Positions 9,929-21,586 of a stretch of DNA of 64,000 bases are shown here, piece by piece. Below the pieces are notes generated by a model. It was not told the DNA's origin. It worked only from the letters and a program-made list of their open reading frames with translations, and did not search any database. Numbering within the stretch: the stretch's first letter is position 1; every line of letters begins with the position of its first letter. The position numbers and the translations under genes were made by a program. Source of the stretch: a bacterium (GTDB taxonomy: Bacteria > Margulisbacteria > Marinamargulisbacteria > JAHFDA01); the NCBI GenBank assembly GCA_023249225.1, contig JAHFDA010000006.1:1349-65348 (forward strand), written 5' to 3'.

Positions 9929-10315
9929 ATGTCAGTAATTGAAGCATTACAAGCAGCCGAAATAAAAAAAGATTGGCCAGAGATGCATCCAGGGGATCAG
10001 ATCCGTGTCAGCCATAAAATTATCGAAGGTGCCAAGGAGCGCGTTCAGAACTACGAAGGCGTGGTGGTGCGTTTTCAAGGCAAGGGTATTTCGCGTTCGA
10101 TCGTGGTGCGTCGGGTGGTTTCCCAAATTGGCGTTGAAAAAGCATTTCCGCTTTCCTCGCCACGTGTCACCCAGATCAAGGTGATCAAACAAGGCAAGGT
10201 ACGTCGGGCGCGTTTGTATTATCTACGTGAACGTGTGGGTCGCAAGGCCACCCGTATTGCAGATAAAAAGGCACAAATGACGGTGGCGGCTGTTCCGTCA
10301 GAAGCCGTTTCCTAA
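9929..10315 (+). CDS. rplS: 50S ribosomal protein L19
   Basis: FQGKGISRSIVVRRV is the L19 signature. The gene follows trmD as in the canonical operon. Confidence 0.9.
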   Translation: MSVIEALQAAEIKKDWPEMHPGDQIRVSHKIIEGAKERVQNYEGVVVRFQGKGISRSIVVRRVVSQIGVEKAFPLSSPRVTQIKVIKQGKVRRARLYYLRERVGRKATRIADKKAQMTVAAVPSEAVS

Positions 10316-10328
10316 ACTGCAGACTCCT

Positions 10329-10895
10329 TTGGACGGCGTACGCATACCGCAACTTAGGACGATTCTTTTTCCACCCAAGGGAACTCAAAAAAGTGCTCTG
10401 CGCGAATGGGTAGAAACCATTGTGGTGGCTGGGCTGATTGCCTTGGTCATCCGCACTTATATCTTGCAGATTTTTTATATTCCCTCTGGATCAATGATCC
10501 CAACCTTGCACCCTAAAGACCGTATTATTGGATTGATGTTTACCTTTCGCTTCCGTCTGCCCCAGCGCAATGACATTGTGATTTTTAAATATCCTGAAGA
10601 CCCGCATAAAAACTTTATTAAGCGCCTTATTGGTCTTCCGGGCGATGAATTGCGTATCCGCGATGGGGATGTCTACATTAACGGAATACTACTCCAACCC
10701 CAAGGTTACCAGGTGGTCAGGGACCATAGTTACTTTGGGCCGGTCACAGTGCCTGGCGGCCAGTATTTGGTGCTAGGGGATAACCGTCCCAACAGTGCCG
10801 ACAGCCGGGTTTGGGGATTTTTACCCGCCAAAAACTTAATGGGCACCGGTTGGATCCGCATCTGGCCTCCGCAACGCCTGGGTTTTTACCAGTAG
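10329..10895 (+). CDS. lepB: Signal peptidase I
   Basis: It has the GSMIPTL catalytic Ser box, KRLIGLPGD and GDNRPNSADSRVWGF. Confidence 0.85.
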   Translation: MDGVRIPQLRTILFPPKGTQKSALREWVETIVVAGLIALVIRTYILQIFYIPSGSMIPTLHPKDRIIGLMFTFRFRLPQRNDIVIFKYPEDPHKNFIKRLIGLPGDELRIRDGDVYINGILLQPQGYQVVRDHSYFGPVTVPGGQYLVLGDNRPNSADSRVWGFLPAKNLMGTGWIRIWPPQRLGFYQ

Positions 10896-10917
10896 GGGCA
10901 ATTCATGAATTGCCCCA
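10896..10917. terminator. Perfect 22-bp palindrome GGGGCAATTCATGAATTGCCCC between convergent lepB and the TPR membrane protein
   Basis: The palindrome is read directly from the sequence. It lies between two convergent stop codons and is a candidate bidirectional terminator hairpin, though it has no U-tract. Confidence 0.35.
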
Positions 10918-10923
10918 CCGCGA

Positions 10924-13881
10924 TTACAAACCGGGGGTAGGCATTTCAAAGCTTTGGTTTGCCTGATGCTGCCGGTTTTCAAGCTGCGTTAACAGAAAAC
11001 GTGCTTCGGCGTGGTCAGGCTTATGGCTTAAAAGATCCTGCAAGGCTGCTTTTGCTTCGTCCATCTGATTGGTTTTAAGATAAAGCTTGGCCATGTTTAG
11101 ACGCGCGTGTATTTGTTCGGGATCAAACTGTACGCAGTAATATAACTCATCGATGCCCGCCTGCCATTCTTGTTTTCCAATGGCCTGATTGGCACGTACA
11201 ATATAACCTTTGACCTTGTTAATGACATATTCGCGGTCGGCAGTAGCTTTTTCGGGTTGGCCAAGCTGGTCATAAGCCCGGGCACGTTTGAGCCAGATGT
11301 CTTTAAAGCGGTCATCAATTTCGAGCGTGCGGCTGTAATAGTTGACCGCATCCTGGTACTGGCCACGCTGCATATTAATATCCCCGGCCTTGTTTAAAAA
11401 AATAGGATTGTTAGGATCGTCTGCGGCACCCTCTTCAAAGTGTTTTTCGGCCAGGTTGGAATACTGTTTCTGCTCGTCCAGATCCGTCGTTAAACTGCCC
11501 ATCAAGGCGTAAACGGTGGCCACATACATGTGATACCAAGGGTTTTCTGGCTGTAGATGCAGACACTCTTCAAAGGTATCCCTGCTCTTCAGCAGTAAGC
11601 TCTTTTTTTCGTTGTTATCGCCAGCGTAGGCATGCCAGTCGTGGTAGATCTTTCCAAGTTCGTCGCGGAATTGGGTCTCGAGCGGGGCGTAATCCACTGA
11701 TCGTTGGGCATACATTGCGGCATTCTTAAAATGCAATTCTTGTTTACTGTCCATGGCTTTTTGGTGTGCATTGTAGGCCAGCAGGTAGTTGTATTCTGCC
11801 TTCCACAGATGCGTACTTTGAAACAAGCCAGCAAGGGTGGCCAACCACAACAGAGGGATGCAAAATAATTGCCAGGTGGGCACATCCTGTAAATTAAAGT
11901 GTCCTGACCAGTGTTCCGCCGGCACGCCCTCAACAAGGGTTCTGGGCTGCATGCAAATGGCCACACCGATACCACATACCATAAAAAAAAGGGAATAGGT
12001 GGCGACCACACCAAAGTTAAAAAAGACCTGTCCCTGGTAGGTAAAAACGGCCCCTAAAAGACCGGCCATAATAAACATAAAAGGCTGATCTTGTGTCTGG
12101 TGAATGGTTTTAACGATGCAATAAATAATGTACGGAACAAATCCGCCATAAAAAAGTAAAAATCCAATCAAGCCAATGGTGACCAGTTTGTTTAGGTAGT
12201 CGTTATGAAACTTATCGGGTGTGGCTCCGTGGTGGCCTTCGAGTATTCCATAATCTTTTAAGCGATATTTGGGAAAGATATATTTCACCGTTCCAGGACC
12301 GGTGCCGATCAATAATTGATGCCAGTTGTCGTGCCATGCGTTTAGTCCCGACTTCCACATGCTGGTGCGGGCCGAGCCGGTAATGGCAATTTGACTGATG
12401 CTGGCAACTTTGGACTGCACGTTTTCGGCCGACTCTGAAAGCGTGGCATGTACCCGGCCTCCGGTGAGATCGGCCCACATCTTAGGCAGGGCGGGCCGTG
12501 CGGAGATGGCCGCCAACATGATAAAACTGATCAGCAACCAGGCCCACACATTAGGATGATGCTTTGAATAACGCTTCCAGCTAAGACCAAACAAACCGAC
12601 CCCCGCCAAAAGGTAAAGTGTTAATTGTCCAAAACCCAGCGCCACGTTCTGAAGCTGGGTTAGCGCAAAAATGATCAAAAGCCTTAGTCCAATCTCCTTA
12701 TAATCACGCAAGCAGAAAATCAAAAATACGATGTAGATTGCAATCCACCCCAGCAGCGGTCCCCCATACAGCCAGCTTATTTTATAAACCTTGAACAGAT
12801 AAAACATAAAAAATACACCAGTGGTCACTATGGTCATCATCACGTCCATAAAAAAGAGCTTGGGTTTGTTGGCGTCCACAAAGTTTTTAAACGAAAAAAT
12901 AAAAAAGAACACCATGGCCGCAAAAAATCCCTGCCAGGCGGCACGGCTGTAACTTAAAACCTGGGTATGGTACACCAAAGTGGCAATGGCAAAGAGTGTG
13001 CCTTGCCACCCAAGATACCAGCCTAAAATTCCGATACCCAGCGCCATCAGCAGGGCCATGAAAACCGCCGGAGCCGAAAATTCGTAACTTACTAAAAAAG
13101 CCCAACATAGTGCCAACATCACGATGAACACAGCGATTTCGATACCCACGTTTTTCCAGTTTGTTCCTTTTTGTTGGGCAAAGGCATTTAAAAGCCCAAG
13201 CACAATGGGCACCATCATGGCCACATAGGGGCAGTAGTGCACCGGGTTGTTAATCGAAGCAAACACACGTTGCGAGGCATCGCCTGACCAGGTGATAAAG
13301 TCATATCCCAAACTCTGCGAGAAACCGTAAAGCGATACTAAAAAGGCAGCCATTGCCATGGTACCCAGAAGTAAAAACAAATGGCGCTGGCTGATGATCG
13401 TGTGGGTAAAGATGATCACTAAAAGGGTAATAAAGATCACATGAATCCAGCCGTCCCAACGGTCGTACGCACCCATAATGGCTGAAGTACGGTTTACCGA
13501 AAAAAAGGTGCTCACAGAGTCCACCGCCAACCAGGCCAGGATTAGCCAGTCGAGGGCTTTTAAATGGAACCATTTTTTTGGCAGGGGTGCTTCGATTGAT
13601 ACAGGCTCGGGCGCAGCCATTTTAACGGAGGCAGATTTTTTCCCCTTGTTTTTTGAAGCCTGGGCCACTTCAGAAACCGATTTTTGACCCCGAAGCAACA
13701 GGTATTTGGTGCCCCACAGTCCCAGGATGAGAATCAGGTTTATTTTTAGCCAGGTAATTTTATTAACTTCAAAGGCCGAGCGCGTCAGGGTGCTAAAGAC
13801 CAGTGGGATGCCAACAATAAAAAGCATCTGAAGCACAAGGATGCTCCGGTTAAAGAACCGGGCGATGCCTTCATTGGACAT
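10924..13881 (-). CDS. Large polytopic membrane protein with an O-antigen ligase (Wzy_C)-like core and C-terminal TPR repeats
   Basis: It is 985 aa with many hydrophobic segments. The C-terminal 300 aa have TPR-like repeats (AYDQLGQPEKA..., YLKTNQMDEAKAALQ). Confidence 0.6.
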   Translation of the reverse strand: MSNEGIARFFNRSILVLQMLFIVGIPLVFSTLTRSAFEVNKITWLKINLILILGLWGTKYLLLRGQKSVSEVAQASKNKGKKSASVKMAAPEPVSIEAPLPKKWFHLKALDWLILAWLAVDSVSTFFSVNRTSAIMGAYDRWDGWIHVIFITLLVIIFTHTIISQRHLFLLLGTMAMAAFLVSLYGFSQSLGYDFITWSGDASQRVFASINNPVHYCPYVAMMVPIVLGLLNAFAQQKGTNWKNVGIEIAVFIVMLALCWAFLVSYEFSAPAVFMALLMALGIGILGWYLGWQGTLFAIATLVYHTQVLSYSRAAWQGFFAAMVFFFIFSFKNFVDANKPKLFFMDVMMTIVTTGVFFMFYLFKVYKISWLYGGPLLGWIAIYIVFLIFCLRDYKEIGLRLLIIFALTQLQNVALGFGQLTLYLLAGVGLFGLSWKRYSKHHPNVWAWLLISFIMLAAISARPALPKMWADLTGGRVHATLSESAENVQSKVASISQIAITGSARTSMWKSGLNAWHDNWHQLLIGTGPGTVKYIFPKYRLKDYGILEGHHGATPDKFHNDYLNKLVTIGLIGFLLFYGGFVPYIIYCIVKTIHQTQDQPFMFIMAGLLGAVFTYQGQVFFNFGVVATYSLFFMVCGIGVAICMQPRTLVEGVPAEHWSGHFNLQDVPTWQLFCIPLLWLATLAGLFQSTHLWKAEYNYLLAYNAHQKAMDSKQELHFKNAAMYAQRSVDYAPLETQFRDELGKIYHDWHAYAGDNNEKKSLLLKSRDTFEECLHLQPENPWYHMYVATVYALMGSLTTDLDEQKQYSNLAEKHFEEGAADDPNNPIFLNKAGDINMQRGQYQDAVNYYSRTLEIDDRFKDIWLKRARAYDQLGQPEKATADREYVINKVKGYIVRANQAIGKQEWQAGIDELYYCVQFDPEQIHARLNMAKLYLKTNQMDEAKAALQDLLSHKPDHAEARFLLTQLENRQHQANQSFEMPTPGL

Positions 13882-13959
13882 TTTTTTTAGTCTACCGTGT
13901 TCAAAGAGGTGTGTCTAAGTGTTTGGAAAACAAAAAATGAAAAACGACAATTCATACTA

Positions 13960-14604
13960 TCATTTTTTATTAATTTGCGAAATGGCCCAGTGACAAATGG
14001 TTTTTAATCCGGTGTTCTGACATAAGGGTGTTAAAAAAGGCAGGGCGGACGGATCTTTTAATGTGCCCAGGGCCACCACACAGGTTTTACGCACATTGGG
14101 ATACTCAAGCCCCGTACACAAGCAAGCCACGGCCTGCGAACCGCCAATTTTCCAAAGCAGTTCTGCCGCCTTGTTAGAGAGCATCCAATCGGGTTGTTTA
14201 AGGGCGTCACTTAAAAAGCCAATGGCCTTGCTCCTCATGCGGGTAATGATGTCAAGGTAAGTGACCCGTTCGCCAGGCAAGCAGTCTTTAACGCGCGCAA
14301 AGACATAGGGCAGGCACAGGTCGGGCTGCCGGGCCATGGCCTTGATGGCGTTTTTGCGCACATGCTGATCGGTGTCAAAAATAAGCGTGGTTAAAAGCCC
14401 AGGTACTCGGGGTTCTGTGATGTTTCCCAAGGTATCCGCCACGCACCAGCGCACCAGCCAGTGAGGGTGATTTACATACTGGCTTAGGGCGTCTACGGCA
14501 GAGGGGTCAGAAATATCTCGAAAATCAAGTACGGCCGTCCAGTTTTCTTCATGGCGGGTGATTTTTTCAACCAACTTATTTATCTTATTAGATATTTTTG
14601 TCAT
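13960..14604 (-). CDS. HEAT/PBS-lyase repeat protein
   Basis: HEAT-like units recur (HPHWLVRWCVADTLGNI, QHVRKNAIKAMAR, PNVRKTCVVALGTL). The start is taken at MTKISN to avoid overlapping the divergent gene. Confidence 0.55.
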   Translation of the reverse strand: MTKISNKINKLVEKITRHEENWTAVLDFRDISDPSAVDALSQYVNHPHWLVRWCVADTLGNITEPRVPGLLTTLIFDTDQHVRKNAIKAMARQPDLCLPYVFARVKDCLPGERVTYLDIITRMRSKAIGFLSDALKQPDWMLSNKAAELLWKIGGSQAVACLCTGLEYPNVRKTCVVALGTLKDPSALPFLTPLCQNTGLKTICHWAISQINKK

Positions 14605-14647
14605 GCACTGCAACCGCTTGGCGGGCCATTCGAAATAATAGCAAAGG

Positions 14648-17524
14648 ATGCAAATCTTTAGGACAATTTCCGAGCGCTGCGAACTGCCCTTATCGGTCAA
14701 GAGTTGGATCCGTTTTAAATATGGCAAAGAAACAACGGACCTGGTCATGCAGGTTGTGACGCAACTTAAACAGGCCGAGGCGCAAGGCGTCTTGGCCATG
14801 GACTGGGAACGGGCCTATAAGAAACTCAAATATGAACTGCGGGTAGGCCACACGCCGTATATGTTGGTGGCCAGCCTGATTTCATTAGGATCGCTTAAGC
14901 GTGGTTCCTTGCAAGACGCGATGGTTGCTTTGCAGACGAACACGCCCAGGGGGGATTTGGCACAGATCGACGAAGCCACGCTTCAAAAAATGGGGTGCAT
15001 GATTGCCGCTGCCGACAAAGCCATGCAATTTTACCGTCACCAGATATTTATCGGCGACCCACATCAAAAAAACGAAATTTCTTTTTGGGCCCGGCGCCTG
15101 CAACGGTTTATTCTGGCAGAGCTCTCTTTGCTTGGAACCCAGCATGTTTTGCCAGACGAACTTGATTTGGCGCGCCGGGCTTCCCGGCTTTTGGCCTTAG
15201 AAGTTTATGTGGAAATCGAAGAGCAAACCTCGGTCAAAGCTTATGCAACCTATCTTGAAAACTATAATCGGCATGATTTCAAGGCGCACACCGAGCATTT
15301 AAAGGCGTTTACGGTATTGCCAGAACTCATGCGTTACCTAGGGTTGGATATTGGCTACCATCTTGAGCAAATTGCTTTTTGCTTTGTTGAGCCAGAGCTT
15401 TTTTTACATCATCGTCGGGCAGTGTTGGCCCATGTTGCCGGCATTGAGGTGCCGGGAGCAGGCCGTGATTTATGGCTTAATCTGCAAGAGCCCTGGAAAA
15501 ATTTTGAGGATAAACTTAGGCGTCAACAGGATCGGGTAAAGCGCATGTTGCGTCACAAAGGCCTGACAGATTTGCATTTATCGGGTCGCATTAAATCGGC
15601 GCACCGCAGCTGGGTGAAACTGCGTGAGCTATGCAATAAGGAACACATTTCTGTAGGGGGTGATCCCAAGGCCTACTGGGATTATTTGTATCTGATTAAA
15701 GACCTGGTGGGTTTTCAGGTCATTACGCAAAACCGCCGACAGATTCGCGCGGTCTCTGCGGCACTGCGCCAGGAATATTTTGTACTCAACACGGCAGACT
15801 ATATCCGCCACGGTCCCGAGTTGAATAAGCATAACGGTTACCGGGCCATCCATATCAAATGTCTCCCGGCAGAACGATCAGAGACGTACACAGATTTTCT
15901 AAAAGCGCTTGATGCAATGGCGGACCATCTCAAGGATGGCCAGCATTGGCTGGAACGCAGGGTGTATGTCGAAGCCGTCGAAGTTCGGGCCATGGCAGAT
16001 GGATTTTTGGTTTCAGATCATGACTGGCGCAATTACCGCGCAACCATGAAAGCGCACAATGCGTTGCTGATTAAGGTACAGGGCTTGCGCCGTTTGTTTG
16101 AGGCTGCGCATCTTTCAGAACTTTTGCAGGCGGGAAAATTTCAAAAATGTGTTACTGTGCTTGAAAAATTTTGGCGAATCGAAGTGGCGCCTACCGAAAT
16201 TCAACTGGTATCCAATTCTGATTACCAGAATAATTTTTATGGAACGGCAGCCCATATCAATTACACCGTCATGGGACGTGATGCAGTAGACACAGGCATA
16301 TCGATAGACGAGTTTCCTTCACCCGAATCTTTTGGACGTTGGTTTTTAACACAGGTGCGGCAAACTATGGATGTGCAGATTAGGCTTCCGGATGGCACGC
16401 TGGACTTTTTAAATTTACCGGTACGCAGCCAGTGGATCGACGTGCTGATGCATTATCAGGCGCAGACAAATTCGGAAGGCGGAATGAGAAATGCGGAACA
16501 GGCTCCGCTAAAAGTAGATGCTTCCGGAATTTATTTGCAGTGGCAGGCGCAAGGTGCGTCTGTATCGGATTATTCAGCTTTGCCTGTGGATGAGGGCTCT
16601 TTTATCGGTTTTCATGTTGCACAGACTGCATCCAAAGCGCGCATCCAGGTGCAGCCGTCACAAGTTCAGGCCTGGATACGTGGCACGAGCAAGCTGCTTG
16701 TGCTCGAGCATCTGATGGCTAAAAATCCGGAGTGGTTTGGCGTAGACGTGCTCGAAGAATTACGCAGCATACTTTATGGACGCGTGGATAAAACCACGTG
16801 TCCGGTGTTAACCAGACTTGAGCAGCATTTGCATGCTTACCTGGTTGATCGTGGATGGAATGTGGCCATTGAAGACCTTGAAAAATATTTTGAGGGTTGG
16901 GTCTACCGTCTGGGCTTTCGGAATTTTTTTGAGTTCCTTTTGGGGTTTGGATTTTTGGTATTCGTCGAGGATCACACCGACGAGCGCAGCAGTACGTTGC
17001 ACGGTGAGATCCTGCAGGCGATTGAGTCGATTGCCTTGCATCGTCCGCGTGTTGAACTTAAAGATCAGCAGCTTGTCATTGAAGCAGCCCAGGTTGACCC
17101 AGACATGGTGTTTGGACTTTTAGATTATTTGGCCCAGTTGCATCTCAATATTGAAACGCTGGAATTTGCGTTTGAAAAACAAAAAAAATCCTGGCCCCTA
17201 ACATTTAAGGCGGATATTTCGCATTTGTCTGAAGACGTGGGCATTGATCTTAAAAAATCGATTGCCCAGTTTGTGGCCCGTTACAGTCAACAAAATTCAC
17301 TGGACGCAGACGCCTGGTATCTGCGCTCCGATATGCGGGAAGGCTTTAAGGTCAACAAGGCCTTGCCTGATCAACCCGGTGAACTGCGTCGTCTGATGGC
17401 GACATTACGGGGGCAATATTCGCCTCCAGACAGAGCCGATGCGTTACGGGTGTTTGGTATTGAGGCCCACAATGGTCGCGTTCAAGTTGAGCTTATCCAA
17501 AAGAAAGATCAGGCTTCCTCGTAA
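14648..17524 (+). CDS. 958-aa protein of unknown function with an internal, divergent RelA/SpoT-like (alarmone-synthetase-fold) nucleotidyltransferase core at about aa 300-455. The start could instead be the MQVV ATG at 14747.
   Basis: GRIKSAHRSWVKL resembles GRxKxxxSIxxKM, DLVGFQVI resembles DVRAVRIV, and ADYIRHGPELNKHNGYRAIHI resembles DYVANPKPNGYQSIH. A degenerate VEAVEVRAMADGF sits where the EIQIRT-LAMDFW motif would be. The order and spacing follow the RelA/SpoT synthetase fold. Confidence 0.5.
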   Translation: MQIFRTISERCELPLSVKSWIRFKYGKETTDLVMQVVTQLKQAEAQGVLAMDWERAYKKLKYELRVGHTPYMLVASLISLGSLKRGSLQDAMVALQTNTPRGDLAQIDEATLQKMGCMIAAADKAMQFYRHQIFIGDPHQKNEISFWARRLQRFILAELSLLGTQHVLPDELDLARRASRLLALEVYVEIEEQTSVKAYATYLENYNRHDFKAHTEHLKAFTVLPELMRYLGLDIGYHLEQIAFCFVEPELFLHHRRAVLAHVAGIEVPGAGRDLWLNLQEPWKNFEDKLRRQQDRVKRMLRHKGLTDLHLSGRIKSAHRSWVKLRELCNKEHISVGGDPKAYWDYLYLIKDLVGFQVITQNRRQIRAVSAALRQEYFVLNTADYIRHGPELNKHNGYRAIHIKCLPAERSETYTDFLKALDAMADHLKDGQHWLERRVYVEAVEVRAMADGFLVSDHDWRNYRATMKAHNALLIKVQGLRRLFEAAHLSELLQAGKFQKCVTVLEKFWRIEVAPTEIQLVSNSDYQNNFYGTAAHINYTVMGRDAVDTGISIDEFPSPESFGRWFLTQVRQTMDVQIRLPDGTLDFLNLPVRSQWIDVLMHYQAQTNSEGGMRNAEQAPLKVDASGIYLQWQAQGASVSDYSALPVDEGSFIGFHVAQTASKARIQVQPSQVQAWIRGTSKLLVLEHLMAKNPEWFGVDVLEELRSILYGRVDKTTCPVLTRLEQHLHAYLVDRGWNVAIEDLEKYFEGWVYRLGFRNFFEFLLGFGFLVFVEDHTDERSSTLHGEILQAIESIALHRPRVELKDQQLVIEAAQVDPDMVFGLLDYLAQLHLNIETLEFAFEKQKKSWPLTFKADISHLSEDVGIDLKKSIAQFVARYSQQNSLDADAWYLRSDMREGFKVNKALPDQPGELRRLMATLRGQYSPPDRADALRVFGIEAHNGRVQVELIQKKDQASS

Positions 17525-18828
17525 AGTCCAAACTGCTTGTGCAAAAGGTTTTTAAGCAGCAAAGGCGCGGCAATAAACTGGCCGGCATATTTGTCGACTT
17601 CGCTGCGGCGCAGTTCAAGTTGTGGAGCCTTGCGGATTTCGCCTGCCAGGCCCAGTTCGCCGTAACAAAAACTGCGTGGTGGCAGGGCTTGATTCAGGGC
17701 GCTGCTGGCCAGTGCCAGGGCTACGGCCAGATCAGAGGCTGTATCGGTAAGCTTAAAGCCCCCGACGACATTGAGGTATACGTCACGCTGGCTAAACCGC
17801 AGGCCGGTGTGACGTTCAAGAATCGCCAGAATCATGTCCACGCGATTGCCGTCGAGGCCGTTTACGACCCGCCGTGGAAGGTGCAAGGTGCTTGCCGCAG
17901 TCAGGGCTTGAATTTCGATTGCCAGTGGCCGTGAACCTTCAAGCGCAATGGTCCAGGCCGAACCAGGCACGTCCGCAATGGCAGGATGGTCTAAAAATAG
18001 GGTAATGTCGCTGATGGGTTTAAGGCCAGTACGGGTCATTTCAAAAAGCCCCAGTTCATGGCTAGGACCGAAACGGTTTTTATAACTGCGCAGCATGCGC
18101 AAGGCCTGTACGCGTTCGCCCTCAAAAAACAGCACCGTATCCACCATGTGCTCAAGCACCCGTGGTCCCGCAATCGACCCGTCTTTGGTCACATGGCCGA
18201 TCAGGATCAGCGTGCTTTGTGGGCTCTGGGTTTTTACGGTTTGAATCAACAAGGCAGCGCTTTCACGCACCTGCGTGACGGTGCCGCAGGCCGAGGCTAC
18301 TTCGGGATGCTGCAGGGTCTGCACAGAATCCACCACCACGATATCGGGTTTTTCACGGCTGATGTAGGCGCTGATCTGTGATACTTCGGTTTCCTGTGTG
18401 ACATAGGGCAGCATCGTCACCCCCAGGCGCTGCGCGCGTTCCTTGACCTGTGTCAGCGATTCCTCACCGCAGACATACAGGGCTTTGGCCGGATTGCGTG
18501 CCGCCAGAATCTGCAGGGCCAGCGTGGATTTACCAATTCCCGGTTCGCCTGCCAGCAAGATGGCAGCCCCTTCGATCAGACCCCCGCCCAGCACGCGGTC
18601 AAGTTCCTGGATGCCGGTGGCATGGCGCCGAAAGAGTTCGGATGCGACCGTATCGAGCAGCACCACGGGCAAAGGTCCACCCGCGTTTACCGAGCGGCCA
18701 GAGGGTGCGCTGCGTTCGACAAACTCTTCGAGGCTGTTCCAACTGCTGCAGTCTGGGCAACGTCCCAGCCAGCGCGGCTGTTCGGATCCGCATTGGTTGC
18801 AAAGAAAGGTGACTTTGGTTTTTACCAT
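17509..18828 (-). CDS. radA: DNA repair protein RadA/Sms
   Basis: It has an N-terminal zinc finger (CNQCG...CPDC), a GEPGIGKSTL Walker A motif and a Lon-like C-terminal domain. Confidence 0.9.
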   Translation of the reverse strand: MVKTKVTFLCNQCGSEQPRWLGRCPDCSSWNSLEEFVERSAPSGRSVNAGGPLPVVLLDTVASELFRRHATGIQELDRVLGGGLIEGAAILLAGEPGIGKSTLALQILAARNPAKALYVCGEESLTQVKERAQRLGVTMLPYVTQETEVSQISAYISREKPDIVVVDSVQTLQHPEVASACGTVTQVRESAALLIQTVKTQSPQSTLILIGHVTKDGSIAGPRVLEHMVDTVLFFEGERVQALRMLRSYKNRFGPSHELGLFEMTRTGLKPISDITLFLDHPAIADVPGSAWTIALEGSRPLAIEIQALTAASTLHLPRRVVNGLDGNRVDMILAILERHTGLRFSQRDVYLNVVGGFKLTDTASDLAVALALASSALNQALPPRSFCYGELGLAGEIRKAPQLELRRSEVDKYAGQFIAAPLLLKNLLHKQFGLYEEA

Positions 18829-18853
18829 ACCTTGTGGGGGTATGGTAGCCGGT

Positions 18854-21448
<2,595 letters not shown>

Positions 21449-21496
21449 TTTTTATCCTCTATTAAATTTTATCGAACGTGTATGTCAAAGTAAACT

Positions 21497-21513
21497 TATC
21501 CTTGAGTAGGATA
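21497..21513. promoter_or_regulatory. Inverted repeat TATCCT-N5-AGGATA in the divergent clpC/RND intergenic region
   Basis: This is a perfect 6-bp inverted repeat with a 5-bp spacer. It lies about 50 bp upstream of the clpC start and is a candidate operator. Confidence 0.2.
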
Positions 21514-21586
21514 CGATACCCTATATATTCCCGGATTTACCAGCGATCAAACCCTAAAAATGTGGTAAATTTTAGACGCGATTGCC

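Noticed and set aside
14063-14260. 65-aa plus-strand ORF
   Set aside because: It is antisense within the HEAT-repeat gene.
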